64,000 nucleotides of DNA from Burkholderiales bacterium (GCA_035649175.1 DASRKB010000033.1:17605-81604); one strand, 5' to 3'; shown: positions 54,223 through 63,489, numbered from the stretch's first letter. Made by a program: numbers and translations. Notes: generated from the letters alone by a model not told the origin.

Positions 54223-56094
54223 TTGGACTTCTTCGAGGAGCAGGAGCGCGCGCGCCGGCGCACGCGCTGGCTCGTGGCCGCCTACCTCGGGGCGGTCGTG
54301 TTCGTCGTCGCGAGCTACTGCGCCGCGGGCGCGGCGCTCTACGCGCTGTGGTCGGCGTTCTGGCTCGGGGCGGCTGGGTGGCCGCCGCGTGAGCTCCTTG
54401 CCGGCATTGCGGTCGTGGTCTGCGCGCTTATCCTCGGGGTCTCGGGCTGGCGCATCTGGCAACTTCACGACGGCGGGCCGGCGGTGGCTTACCTGCTTGG
54501 CGCAAAGTACATCCCAACCGCCAACTGCACGCCCACCGAGCGCCGGCTGCTGAACGTGGTGGAAGAGATGGCGATCGCCTCGGGCGTCGCCTGCCCGCCG
54601 GTGTACTGCCTGCGCCAAGAGCAGGGCTTCAATGCGCTGGTCGCGGGCTACTCGCCCAACGAGGCGGTGATCATCGTCACGCGCGGAGCCATGGACAAGC
54701 TCTCGCGCGACGAGCTGCAGGGCGTGATGGGCCACGAGTTCAGCCATATCCTGAACGGTGACATGGCGCTCAACGTGCGCCTGGTGGGCCTGCTCGCGGG
54801 GCTCGAGTGGTTCCTCGATAGCGGCGAGAGCCTGGTGCATCGAGCAGGGCAACACATGAAGGGCCTTGCCCGGGAGGCGCGGGGCGAAGGCGCGCTCGGC
54901 GCGGTGTTCGGCCTCCTCATCGCCCTCGCCGGCTTTCCGGGCGCGCTCGCGGCCGGCGCGATCAAGGCCGCCATCGCGCGCGAGCGAGAGTACCTCGCCG
55001 ACGCCGCCTCGGTGCAGTTCACGCGCAATCCCGAGGCAATCGCCGGCGCGCTCGACTCGATCCTCGCGCTGCGCTCGCATACCGCGATCGGCGCAGCGCA
55101 TTCGGAGCTCTTCTCGCACATGTTCTTCGCCCACGCGGCCAGCCGCTGGTGGGGCTTCCCGACCCACCCGCCGATCGAGAAGCGCATCCGCCGCGCGCAT
55201 CCGCGGTTCCTGCGCGACGACTACCGCGCGGCGCGGCACGGCACGCGCAAGGAAGTGGCGGTGATCGACGGCGGCGGCAATGTGGTGAGGCACGTGGGCG
55301 CCCTTGGCCTGGTCGCCTCCGTCGGCCAGCCCACCGCGCGCCATGTCGATGACTCCGCCCGCTTCCTGAGCGGTTTGCCGGAACGGCTCCGTGAAGCGCT
55401 GCGCGATGCCAGAGAAGCCGAGACGGCGATGTTCGCGCTCGCCCTCGAGCCCGAGGAGGGCGCCCGGGCGCGCGAGCTCGCGGCGCTCGAAGCAAGGCGC
55501 GGCGCGCAGGCCGTCGCCAATACGAAGGCGCTTTACGTCTACGTGGGCGTTCTCGCCCGCGGCCACATGCTCAGCCTTGCGGACCTCGCCGTTCCGGCGA
55601 TCAAGGCGCAGAAGCAGGCGGCGCGCGACGCCTTCGTGGCCGATCTCGCGGCGGTGGTGGAAGCCGACCGCCGCGTCACGTTGCGCGAGTTCGTGCTTTT
55701 CTCGCTGCTGCGCCAGCGGCTGCGCGAAGGCGCCGGCCAGCCGATCGCGACCCGATTCCGCCGCGTCGAGGACCTCGCCGGCGATGTGCACGCCGTCGTA
55801 TCGCTTGTCGCTCTTGCCGCGTCCGAGCCTGGCCTCGCTTTCGCGCAGGCTTCTCAGGTATTGGGCTTCGGCTGGAAGGCGCCGATCGACAAAGAAGACC
55901 TCGGCACCGCCCGGGTAAGCGAGGCGCTGGAGCGCCTGCGCCATCTCGCGCCGCTGCGCAAGCCCGCGGTGCTCAAGGCCTGCGCCGAGGCCGCCGCCGC
56001 CGACGGGAGGATCGGCGTTGCCGAGGCCGAGCTCGTGCGCATGGTCGCCGCGACGCTCGACTGCCCGATGCCTCCGCTCGCTACTTCTTCGTGA
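54223..56094 (+). CDS. M48-family zinc metallopeptidase with long C-terminal TerB-like extension (623 aa, TTG start)
   Basis: Track ORF 53935..56094(+). Relatives begin M-x-FFE-x-Q-x-RARR, so I take TTG 54223 (LDFFEEQERARRRTRWLV), 7 nt after the LemA stop. It has two TM segments, the HEFSH zinc motif and a C-terminal ...AAAADGRIGVAEAELVRMVAATL. Confidence 0.8.
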   Translation: MDFFEEQERARRRTRWLVAAYLGAVVFVVASYCAAGAALYALWSAFWLGAAGWPPRELLAGIAVVVCALILGVSGWRIWQLHDGGPAVAYLLGAKYIPTANCTPTERRLLNVVEEMAIASGVACPPVYCLRQEQGFNALVAGYSPNEAVIIVTRGAMDKLSRDELQGVMGHEFSHILNGDMALNVRLVGLLAGLEWFLDSGESLVHRAGQHMKGLAREARGEGALGAVFGLLIALAGFPGALAAGAIKAAIAREREYLADAASVQFTRNPEAIAGALDSILALRSHTAIGAAHSELFSHMFFAHAASRWWGFPTHPPIEKRIRRAHPRFLRDDYRAARHGTRKEVAVIDGGGNVVRHVGALGLVASVGQPTARHVDDSARFLSGLPERLREALRDAREAETAMFALALEPEEGARARELAALEARRGAQAVANTKALYVYVGVLARGHMLSLADLAVPAIKAQKQAARDAFVADLAAVVEADRRVTLREFVLFSLLRQRLREGAGQPIATRFRRVEDLAGDVHAVVSLVALAASEPGLAFAQASQVLGFGWKAPIDKEDLGTARVSEALERLRHLAPLRKPAVLKACAEAAAADGRIGVAEAELVRMVAATLDCPMPPLATSS

Positions 56095-57082
56095 TCCGCT
56101 CGAGGATCGTGCGGCGCGTTTCCGCGATGGCGGCGGCGTGCGGTCCGCCCGCCGCCACAGCGCGCTCGATGAAGGGCAGCGCCTCCTCGTGGCGGCCCTG
56201 GTCCGACAGGGTCTGCGCGAGGTTGTTGAGCACGATGGCGGAGGCCGGGTCGCGTCGCTCCGCCTCGCGCAGCACCCGCTCGGCCCCGGCGAGATCGCCC
56301 GCGGCGTGCAGCGTGTTTGCGAGGCCGACGGACGCGCCGACGTTCGCCGGCCAGCGCTTGAGGAACGCGGCATAGGCGCGGCGCGCGGGCTGCACGCCGC
56401 CCGCGCGCTCGAGCGCCACGATGGCGGCGAGCCAGCGCCCCTCTTCCGCAGTGGCCGGAATGCGCTCCGGCGGCACGGCGACCATCGCCCAGTAGCCGCT
56501 GCGCTTCCAGAAGGTCTCGTGCGCGACGAAGTTCATCACCTCGCGCTCGGTTTCTCCCGAGCGCAGCACGAGGGTCCCGCCGGGATAGTCGTAGCCCACC
56601 GCGACCGCGTAGTGCCAGCCCTCGCCGAGTGCGAGGTTCTGTAGCACGATCACCGGCGTGCCAGCGGCAAGCTCGCGCAGCAGGTCCTCGAAGCGCGGCG
56701 CGAGCTCGTAGGAGACGAGGCCATGGCGGCGCGCCGCCGCCATCATCTCGACCTGGAGGCTTCCCTTGCGCGCCGGCAGGTAGACCTGCGGCACCAGCTC
56801 GTCGGGCGTCACCTTCACGCCGGAGGCGACGAGCGCGGTGGCAAGCGCGGCCGGCCCACACTGGTAGTCCTTCTGCGGGAAGAAGGGCACTGCGGCGAGC
56901 TCCACGCGTTCGGGGAGGTCCGCGGGCAGCCCCTCAGCGAGCCGCGCGCTCTGCGGCCAGAGGCTCGAGCAGCCCGCGAGCGCGAGCGTGCCGGCAGAAA
57001 CGAAAACGCCCGCGACGACGCGGGCGTTCCGCGCGAGTCCGGTACGACCGGTTATCGGAAACCTCCTCTCCAGACGTACCAT
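56081..57082 (-). CDS. PA2778-family (C39-like) cysteine peptidase lipoprotein with TPR tail (333 aa)
   Basis: This is the last 333 aa of track ORF 56081..57544(-), from ATG 57082..57080. It has a lipobox LALAGC, Cys context QKDYQCGPAALATAL, His context GWHYAVAVGYD and TPR-like repeats at the C-terminus. There is no in-frame ATG/GTG after the upstream stop, so the 31-nt overlap seems real. Confidence 0.75.
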   Translation of the reverse strand: MVRLERRFPITGRTGLARNARVVAGVFVSAGTLALAGCSSLWPQSARLAEGLPADLPERVELAAVPFFPQKDYQCGPAALATALVASGVKVTPDELVPQVYLPARKGSLQVEMMAAARRHGLVSYELAPRFEDLLRELAAGTPVIVLQNLALGEGWHYAVAVGYDYPGGTLVLRSGETEREVMNFVAHETFWKRSGYWAMVAVPPERIPATAEEGRWLAAIVALERAGGVQPARRAYAAFLKRWPANVGASVGLANTLHAAGDLAGAERVLREAERRDPASAIVLNNLAQTLSDQGRHEEALPFIERAVAAGGPHAAAIAETRRTILERITKK

Positions 57083-57414
57083 ATCGCAGCGACCACCAGG
57101 ATGAGAAGCAGTACGCCCACCGCGTCGCCGCCGGCTGGCAGACTGTCGATGCGCGCCGAGAGCGCGCGCACTTCCTGGTCGGTCATCGCCGCGACCCGCT
57201 CCGTGGCGCTCGCCGGGTCGATCCCCAGTGCCTGCAGCTGGCTCGCCACATCGCCTCGCGTGACGAAATTGAGGACCGTGCCGCGCTCCGCCTGCGTGGC
57301 GGCGGCGATGGCCTCTCCGGTGCCGATCATGCCGGCGTGCGCGATCTGGTAGGGCGCGAGCGCCATCAGCACGACGAGCAAACGGCAAATGCTTCTTGCC
57401 CAAGCAGTGTTCAT
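57052..57414 (-). CDS. PA2779-family small exported/membrane-anchored protein (120 aa)
   Basis: Track ORF 57052..57501(-), trimmed to ATG 57414..57412, with AGGAG 6 nt upstream. It has a signal peptide (...VVLMALAPYQIAHA), a ...LTDxEV...LPAGGD segment and a C-terminal TM helix (VGVLLLILVVAAIWYVW). Family name recalled from memory, not verified. Confidence 0.65.
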   Translation of the reverse strand: MNTAWARSICRLLVVLMALAPYQIAHAGMIGTGEAIAAATQAERGTVLNFVTRGDVASQLQALGIDPASATERVAAMTDQEVRALSARIDSLPAGGDAVGVLLLILVVAAIWYVWRGGFR

Positions 57415-57509
57415 CTGTACTCCTAAAGTTAGGTGAAAAGGGAAGGTACGAGGGGATGGGGGGTGCCGGGCCAGCGTATGCGCCGCCCCTGGCAGGGTCA
57501 AGCCGCCGG

Positions 57510-57526
57510 ATGGCGCTGCGCGCCAT
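57510..57526. promoter_or_regulatory. perfect 7-3-7 palindrome ATGGCGC-tgc-GCGCCAT upstream of the FAD/Fe-S oxidase gene
   Basis: Read directly from the sequence. It ends 16 nt before ATG 57543, in the 128-bp divergent intergenic region. Confidence 0.3.
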
Positions 57527-57542
57527 GTAAGAATCGCGACAC

Positions 57543-60320
57543 ATGGTCGATTTGCAGCGACTCGAAGCGCGTCTGCGCGATGCGATCGCGGGTGAGGTGC
57601 GCTTCGATGCCGGCGCGCGCGCCGCCTATGCCGCCGACGCGTCCAACTATCGCCAGGTGCCGCTCGGCGTGGTGCTGCCGCGCCGTGTCGAGGACATCGT
57701 GGCGGCGATGGCGCTCGCGCGCGAGAACGGCGTTCCGGTCCTGCCGCGTGGCGGCGGCACGTCGCAATGCGGGCAGGGCGTGAACGTGGCGCTCGTCATC
57801 GATTGCTCGAAGTACCTGCATCGGATGGCTTCGCTCGATCCCGCCGCGCGCCTGGCGCGCGTTGAGCCCGGCGTGGTGTGCGACACGCTGCGCGGGGCGG
57901 CCGAGCGCCACGGGCTAACCTTCGCGCCAGATCCGGCAACGCACTCGCGCTGCACCCTGGGCGGGATGATCGGCAATAACTCCTGCGGCCCGCACTCGGT
58001 CATGGCCGGCAAGACGGTCGAGAACGTCGAGCGCCTGGAAGTATTGACCTATGACGGTGCAAGATTTTGGTGCGCGGCGAATGAAGAAATAGACCTCCTT
58101 TCCGGCAGAAAACGGCAGATCTATCAGGCCCTGAAATCGCTCGCCGACAAGTACGGCGAGCTGATCAGGAGCCGTTTCCCGAAGATCAAGCGGCGCGTCT
58201 CGGGCTACAACCTCGACCAGCTGCTGCCGGAGAACGGCTTCAACGTCGCGCGCGCTCTCGTCGGCAGCGAGGGCACCTGCGCGCTTACGTTGCAAGCGGA
58301 GGTTCGCCTCGTGAAGAGCCCGCCGCACCGCGTGCTCGTGGTTGCGGGCTTTCCCGACATCTTCGCTGCCGGCGACGCGGTGCCGCGGGTGCTCGCCGCA
58401 GGCCCGATCGCGTGCGAAGGGCTCGACGAAGCGATTATCGGAGGACTGAGGAGCCGCGGGCTGCGCCTTGCCGACATCGCCCTCCTGCCGTCCGGGAAGG
58501 CGTGGCTGATGGTCGAGTTCGGCGGCGATACCCGGGAGGAGGCGATTGCCAAGGCGGCCATGCTGGAAGGTCAGCGCATCGACGATCCCGCCCTCATGTC
58601 CCGGATCTGGACAATCCGTGAGACCGGCGCCTCGGCCACCGCACTTAATCTTGGTGGCCGCGGCCCCGATCCGGTGGTGGGATGGGAGGACGCCGCGGTC
58701 GACCCGATGCGCCTGGGCGACTACCTGCGCGAATTCACGGCGCTCGTTGCGCGTTTCGGCTACCGGACCTCGCTCTATGGGCACTTCGGGGACGGCTGCA
58801 TCCACGCGCGCATCGACTTCCAGCTCCGCACGCACGAAGGCGTGGCGCAGTGGCGCCGATTCCTCGAAGAGGCGGCGCACCTGGTGGTCAAGTACGGCGG
58901 CTCCCTTTCGGGGGAGCACGGCGACGGGCAGGCGAAGGCCGAGTTCCTGCCGATCATGTTCGGGTCCGAGCTGATGCAGGCCTTGCGCGAGTTCAAGGCG
59001 ATCTGGGACCCGCAGAACCGCATGAACCCGGGCAAGCTCATCGATCCGTATCGGGCGGACGAGCACTTGCGCCTGGGGCCGGCGTATCGGCCGATTTCCT
59101 TGAACACTCGCCTCTCCTTCAGAAGCGAGGTCGGGGACGGCTTCGTGCGCGCGACCGAGCACTGCATCGGCATGGGCAAGTGCCGCGCCGAGAAGGGCGG
59201 CACGATGTGCCCGAGCTACCGCGGCACCCGCGAGGAGCGCTACTCGACGCGAGGCAGGGCGCGGCTGCTCGCCGAGATGCTGCGTGGCGAGGTGATCACC
59301 GACGGCTGGCGGAGCGAGGAGGTCCGGGAAGCGCTCGAGTGGTGCCTCGGCTGCAAGGGCTGCAGGAGCGACTGCCCGACGCACACCGACATGGCCGCTT
59401 ACAAGGCCGAATTCCTGTCGCACTACTACGATAGCCGGGCTCGTCCACGCCAGGCCTTCACCATGGGAAGGATCGGTGAATGGGCGCCCCTTGCTTCCCG
59501 GTTTCCTTTCCTGGCCAACGCTCTTTCCTCCCTTGGGAAATCGATCGCCGGGGTTGCTGCCGAACGTTCACTGCCCAGGTTCCAGAGCAGCTTCCGCTCC
59601 AGCTTCAGGCGGAACGGTGGCGCAACGCCGGTGGTGCTTTTCGACGATACCTTCAATAACCACTTCCGCCCACAGACGGCGCGTGCAGCGCAGCGAATCC
59701 TGGAGGCCGCGGGCTGCGCGGTGCGCTTGCCGCGCAACCACGTCTGCTGCGGCCGGCCCTACTACGACTGGGGCATGCTCGACCGCGCGAAGCACGCCCT
59801 CGAGCGGCTGCTCGAGGTGCTCGCCACGGACCTCGAATCCGGGACGCCGATCGTGGTCCTCGACCCGGGGTGCCTCTCGGTGTTCCGCGACGAGATGAAG
59901 CAGTTGCTGCCCGATGATCCGCGCGCGAACCGCCTCGCGGCGCTAGTGGTGAGCCTCGGGGAATTCCTTAAGGACAAGAAAGTCCCGGAGGTGGATTCCC
60001 GCGTGCTTGTTCATGGGCATTGCCATGAGAAGGCGCTGTGGGGAACATCGGCAGACGTCGAAGTGCTGCGCAAGGCAGGGTGCGACGTGACGAGCCCCGA
60101 CACTGGCTGCTGCGGCATGGCAGGCGCGTTCGGCTACCGGCCGGAGTTCTACGAGGCCTCCCGGCGCATTGCCGGGCTCGCGCTGCTGCCGGCGCTCGAC
60201 AGAGTGCCCGAGGCGGCAGTGGTAGCGAACGGCTTTTCCTGCCGCGAGCAGATCGAGAGCCTGGGCGGGCGCCCCACGCGCCATCTCGCGGATCTGCTAG
60301 CCGAAGGCCTCGGCAAGTAG
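57543..60320 (+). CDS. FAD-binding plus (Fe-S)-binding fusion oxidoreductase (GlcD-like + GlcF-like; E. coli YdiJ type, 925 aa)
   Basis: Track ORF 57543..60320(+). The N-terminal FAD-binding PCMH domain has ...PVLPRGGGTSQCGQ.... The middle carries Cys clusters CIGMGKCRAEKGGTMCPSY and CLGCKGCRSDCP. The C-terminal part has CCG-type Cys-rich repeats (...VCCGRP..., ...TGCCGMAG...). Confidence 0.9.
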   Translation: MVDLQRLEARLRDAIAGEVRFDAGARAAYAADASNYRQVPLGVVLPRRVEDIVAAMALARENGVPVLPRGGGTSQCGQGVNVALVIDCSKYLHRMASLDPAARLARVEPGVVCDTLRGAAERHGLTFAPDPATHSRCTLGGMIGNNSCGPHSVMAGKTVENVERLEVLTYDGARFWCAANEEIDLLSGRKRQIYQALKSLADKYGELIRSRFPKIKRRVSGYNLDQLLPENGFNVARALVGSEGTCALTLQAEVRLVKSPPHRVLVVAGFPDIFAAGDAVPRVLAAGPIACEGLDEAIIGGLRSRGLRLADIALLPSGKAWLMVEFGGDTREEAIAKAAMLEGQRIDDPALMSRIWTIRETGASATALNLGGRGPDPVVGWEDAAVDPMRLGDYLREFTALVARFGYRTSLYGHFGDGCIHARIDFQLRTHEGVAQWRRFLEEAAHLVVKYGGSLSGEHGDGQAKAEFLPIMFGSELMQALREFKAIWDPQNRMNPGKLIDPYRADEHLRLGPAYRPISLNTRLSFRSEVGDGFVRATEHCIGMGKCRAEKGGTMCPSYRGTREERYSTRGRARLLAEMLRGEVITDGWRSEEVREALEWCLGCKGCRSDCPTHTDMAAYKAEFLSHYYDSRARPRQAFTMGRIGEWAPLASRFPFLANALSSLGKSIAGVAAERSLPRFQSSFRSSFRRNGGATPVVLFDDTFNNHFRPQTARAAQRILEAAGCAVRLPRNHVCCGRPYYDWGMLDRAKHALERLLEVLATDLESGTPIVVLDPGCLSVFRDEMKQLLPDDPRANRLAALVVSLGEFLKDKKVPEVDSRVLVHGHCHEKALWGTSADVEVLRKAGCDVTSPDTGCCGMAGAFGYRPEFYEASRRIAGLALLPALDRVPEAAVVANGFSCREQIESLGGRPTRHLADLLAEGLGK

Positions 60321-61286
60321 CTCGTAGGAGCGAAGCCGCGTGGCGTAGTCGCCGGTGATGGTGAGCACCATGACCTCGTCGGCCGCGTAGCGCCCGGCCA
60401 TCGTCTCGATCTCGCGCCGGCAGGTTTCTGGGGAGCCGATCACCGCGCGCTCGCGCTGGCCCACGACGTAGCGGCGCTCCTCCTCGCTGTAGCGGTGCCG
60501 CGCCGCTTCCTCCGGCGTGGGCACTGGCGAGTCGATGTTGAGCGCCATGTGCAGGCGGCGCAGGTCGATCGGCGCGGCGAGGCGCTCGGCCTCGGCATCG
60601 GTTTCGGCGCAGATCGCGAAGGTGCAGACCATCGTGCGTGGCGCCTTCTCGCGGCCGGCCTTGAACATCTCGCGGTAGGCGCGGGACACCGCGTCGCCGC
60701 CGCGCGGGTTGATGAAGTGCGCGAAGCAGAAGGGCAGGCCAAGCTCGGCAGCGAGCGCGCCGCTGTAGTCCGAGGAGCCGAGCAGCCAAATCTCGGGCGC
60801 GGTATCGACTTCCGGCTGCACGCGAATGCGCTTGAGCGGATGCGCGTCGGGAAGAGTGCCGTCGAGATGGCCGGCGAGCTGCCAAACCTGCTCCGGGAAG
60901 CGGGAGGCGTCGGGAAATCCGCCGCCTGTGACCGCCTGTGCGGTCCGCGCGTCGCCGCCCGGCGCGCGGCCGATGCCGAGGTCGATACGCCCGGGGTAGA
61001 GCGCTTCCAGCATGCGAAAGGTCTCGGCGATGCGGAAGGCGCTGTAGTAAGGAAGCAATACGCCGCCGGTGCCGACGCGCATGCGCCGGGTCTCGGCACC
61101 CAGCCGTGCGAGCAGTACCTCGGGGCAGGGATCGGCGAGCGCCGCGATGGCGTGGTGCTCCGCGAGCCAATAGCGGTAGTAGCCGAGATCGTCGGTGCGC
61201 CGGGCAAGCGCGAGTGTCTCCTCCACCGCGCGCCGGGCGCCGAGCCCGCTGATTACCGGGGACTGATCGAGGACCGAAATGCGCAT
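60297..61286 (-). CDS. LLM-class (luciferase-like) flavin-dependent oxidoreductase (329 aa)
   Basis: Track ORF 60297..61286(-). MRISVLDQSP...YYRYWLAEHH...GGVLLPYYSAFRIAETFRMLEALYPGRIDLGIGRAPG is the typical pattern of this LLM subfamily. Confidence 0.85.
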   Translation of the reverse strand: MRISVLDQSPVISGLGARRAVEETLALARRTDDLGYYRYWLAEHHAIAALADPCPEVLLARLGAETRRMRVGTGGVLLPYYSAFRIAETFRMLEALYPGRIDLGIGRAPGGDARTAQAVTGGGFPDASRFPEQVWQLAGHLDGTLPDAHPLKRIRVQPEVDTAPEIWLLGSSDYSGALAAELGLPFCFAHFINPRGGDAVSRAYREMFKAGREKAPRTMVCTFAICAETDAEAERLAAPIDLRRLHMALNIDSPVPTPEEAARHRYSEEERRYVVGQRERAVIGSPETCRREIETMAGRYAADEVMVLTITGDYATRLRSYELLAEAFG

Positions 61287-61442
61287 GGGCCGTCGCTTAT
61301 GAACGACAGGAAAACACCTGCCTGCTCAAGCCGGTTCCGATTATCGTGACATGGTTCGTCGCTGACGCCCGACATGGTCGGTTTGTAAGGGGCTGTCAGG
61401 ACTAGGCCCGGAACTAGGCATGCACTTTGCAGTACATCCGCC

Positions 61443-61778
61443 ATGCAGATTGACGCGATCAGGTTAAAGCAGGAAATCGTCTCAATTCTCCAAGCCGGGG
61501 TGGGGGTAGTGCTGGTGGCGCTCATGCTTACCGGCGTCGGTGGCACCATTTACAGCATTATCTCGCCCAGCGGCTGGATCTCGGTCGCTTACGGGCGCAG
61601 CGCTTCCGCAGCGGTCGCGGCGCTCGGGTCGCTCTTAATGATCGCAGGGCTCGCATGGTTCTCCCGCGGGTGGAGCTCTCCCAGCCTCCCCAGCCGCCTC
61701 TCGGACGTGATGGTCTTCGGGTTCGCCGCAGCCGGGCTCGCGTACCTCGCAGTATTCCTCACGATGGGCAGCTTCTAG
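61443..61778 (+). CDS. hypothetical small membrane protein (111 aa)
   Basis: Track ORF 61443..61778(+). It has three clear hydrophobic helices and is followed by a good terminator. No Shine-Dalgarno, and I recognise no family. Confidence 0.55.
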   Translation: MQIDAIRLKQEIVSILQAGVGVVLVALMLTGVGGTIYSIISPSGWISVAYGRSASAAVAALGSLLMIAGLAWFSRGWSSPSLPSRLSDVMVFGFAAAGLAYLAVFLTMGSF

Positions 61779-61838
61779 CGCGAAGGACACTTCAATCGGC
61801 GGCCCGCCGGGACTACGAGCGGGCCGATGTCTCCCCTG

Positions 61839-61876
61839 GGCCCGTCCTTTGTCCCCCTGAAGGCGGGCCTTTTTTT
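61839..61876 (+). terminator. intrinsic terminator after the small membrane-protein gene
   Basis: GGCCCGuCCUU (61839..61849) pairs with AAGGCGGGCC (61860..61869): 10 bp with one bulge and a 10-nt loop. Seven U residues follow (61870..61876). Confidence 0.6.
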
Positions 61877-61882
61877 GAACCT

Positions 61883-62686
61883 TCAGACCGCGATCGGCGC
61901 CTTGATTGCCGGGTGCGGACCATAGCCTTCCAGCGTGAAGTCCTCGTACTGAAAGGCAAAAATGTCTTTCACTGCCCGGTTGAGCTTCAATGTCGGAAAG
62001 GCCCGGGGGTGCCGGGCGATCTGCGTGCGCGCCTGATCGAGGTGGTTGAGGTAAAGATGCGCGTCACCCAGGGTCAGGATGAACTCGCCGGGGGCGAGGT
62101 CGGCTACCTGCGCGATCATCAGCGCGAGGAGCGCGTAGGAGGCGATGTTGAAGGGCACGCCGAGGAAAAGGTCGGCGCTTCTCTGGTACATCTGACAAGA
62201 AAGCTGGCCGTTCGCCACGTAGAACTGGAAGAGCGCATGGCAGGGCGGGAGCGCCATGCGGTCGACGTCGGCAGGGTTCCAGGCCGAAACGAGATGACGG
62301 CGCGAATCCGGTTTTGCCCGCAAGCTCTCCACTACCTGCTTGATCTGGTCGATCTCCTTGCCCTCCGGCGTGCGCCAATGGCGCCACTGGTACCCGTACA
62401 CCGGCCCGAGCTCGCCCTTCTCGTCCGCCCACTCGTCCCAGATCGTCACGCCGCGCTCCTGCAGCCAGCGTACGTTGGTGTCCCCGCGCAGGAACCACAG
62501 CAGCTCCAGCGCGATCGACTTGAAGTGCACCTTCTTCGTCGTGAGCAGCGGGAAGGGGTCGAGCGGAAAGCGCAGCTGCCGGCCGAACACCGACAACGTG
62601 CCGGTGCCGGTGCGGTCGGTCTTGCGTGCGCCCTGCTCGAGGACTTCGGCGAGCAGGTCCAGGTAGCGCTGCTCAATCGGGTTCAC
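61883..62686 (-). CDS. thyA: thymidylate synthase (267 aa, GTG start)
   Basis: Track ORF 61883..62938(-). ...[28 protein letters not shown]...[20 protein letters not shown]...[13 protein letters not shown]...[21 protein letters not shown]... is canonical ThyA. GTG 62686..62684 ([12 protein letters not shown]) matches the usual N-terminus and overlaps the kinase TGA (GTGA). Confidence 0.9.
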   Translation of the reverse strand: MNPIEQRYLDLLAEVLEQGARKTDRTGTGTLSVFGRQLRFPLDPFPLLTTKKVHFKSIALELLWFLRGDTNVRWLQERGVTIWDEWADEKGELGPVYGYQWRHWRTPEGKEIDQIKQVVESLRAKPDSRRHLVSAWNPADVDRMALPPCHALFQFYVANGQLSCQMYQRSADLFLGVPFNIASYALLALMIAQVADLAPGEFILTLGDAHLYLNHLDQARTQIARHPRAFPTLKLNRAVKDIFAFQYEDFTLEGYGPHPAIKAPIAV

Positions 62687-63489
62687 GGTTTGATCTCGGC
62701 TGCGACCTCCGCGGCGCTGCCGAAGCGGTCCTCGGGCTTCTTGGCCAGCATGCGCTCGAGGAGCAGCTGGTGGTGTGCGAGGCTCGAGGGGAGCTTTGGC
62801 GGGGGCGCCGAGACGTGCATGTTGATGAGCTCGGACGGGGTGGCGTCCTGGTAAATGCGCGTGCCGGTAAACATCTCCCAGAGGATGACGCCGAGGCTGT
62901 AGATGTCCGAGCGCGGATCGACCGGCAGTCCCTGGCACTGCTCCGGGCTCATGTAGCGCGGCGTGGCGATCAGGCGCCCGGCCGCGGTGAGGGTGGAGTT
63001 CATGCCGAGGTCCTTGGCGAGGCCGAAGTCCACGATGACCGGCCGGCCATCAGGGCGGAAGAGAATGTTCGCCGGCTTCAGGTCGCGGTGCACGATGCCG
63101 CGAGCATGGATGGCGTCGAGGGCGCGGGCGATCTGACGCGTGAGCCGCAGCACGGCCCGCGGGGTCAGCCCTTCGTGGATGCGCCCGGCGAGCGTCCCGG
63201 AGGGCAGGAACTCCATCGCGATGTAGGGGTGCTCGCCCGAGACGCCCTGGTCGTAGATGCGCGCGACGTACTCGTTCTCGAGGCTGGCGAGCATCTTGTG
63301 CTCGCGCACGAAGCGCTCGAGGAAGACCGGGTCCTTGCGCAGCCGCGCCTCGAGCACCTTGAGCGCCACGCGCAGCCCGTCCTGGTCGCGCTCAGCGAGG
63401 TAGACCGTCGCCTGGCCGCCCTCGCCGATCTTGTGCAGCATGGTGTAGCCCGGAACGAGGTCTTCCTCGATCGGCGCCATGCGGGCCAT
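62683..63489 (-). CDS. Hanks-type serine/threonine protein kinase, catalytic domain only (268 aa)
   Basis: This is the last 268 aa of track ORF 62683..63933(-), from ATG 63489..63487 (ATGA overlap with the esterase gene). It has the G-loop [10 protein letters not shown], the VALK lysine, [13 protein letters not shown] and ATPRYMSPE. Confidence 0.85.
   Translation of the reverse strand: MARMAPIEEDLVPGYTMLHKIGEGGQATVYLAERDQDGLRVALKVLEARLRKDPVFLERFVREHKMLASLENEYVARIYDQGVSGEHPYIAMEFLPSGTLAGRIHEGLTPRAVLRLTRQIARALDAIHARGIVHRDLKPANILFRPDGRPVIVDFGLAKDLGMNSTLTAAGRLIATPRYMSPEQCQGLPVDPRSDIYSLGVILWEMFTGTRIYQDATPSELINMHVSAPPPKLPSSLAHHQLLLERMLAKKPEDRFGSAAEVAAEIKP

Noticed and set aside
61798-61826. A GC hairpin GGCCCGC-N11-GCGGGCC right after the small membrane-protein gene, as a second terminator.
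   Set aside because: No U-tract follows it, and a much better terminator lies 15 nt further on (61839..61876). It is probably just local GC-rich secondary structure.
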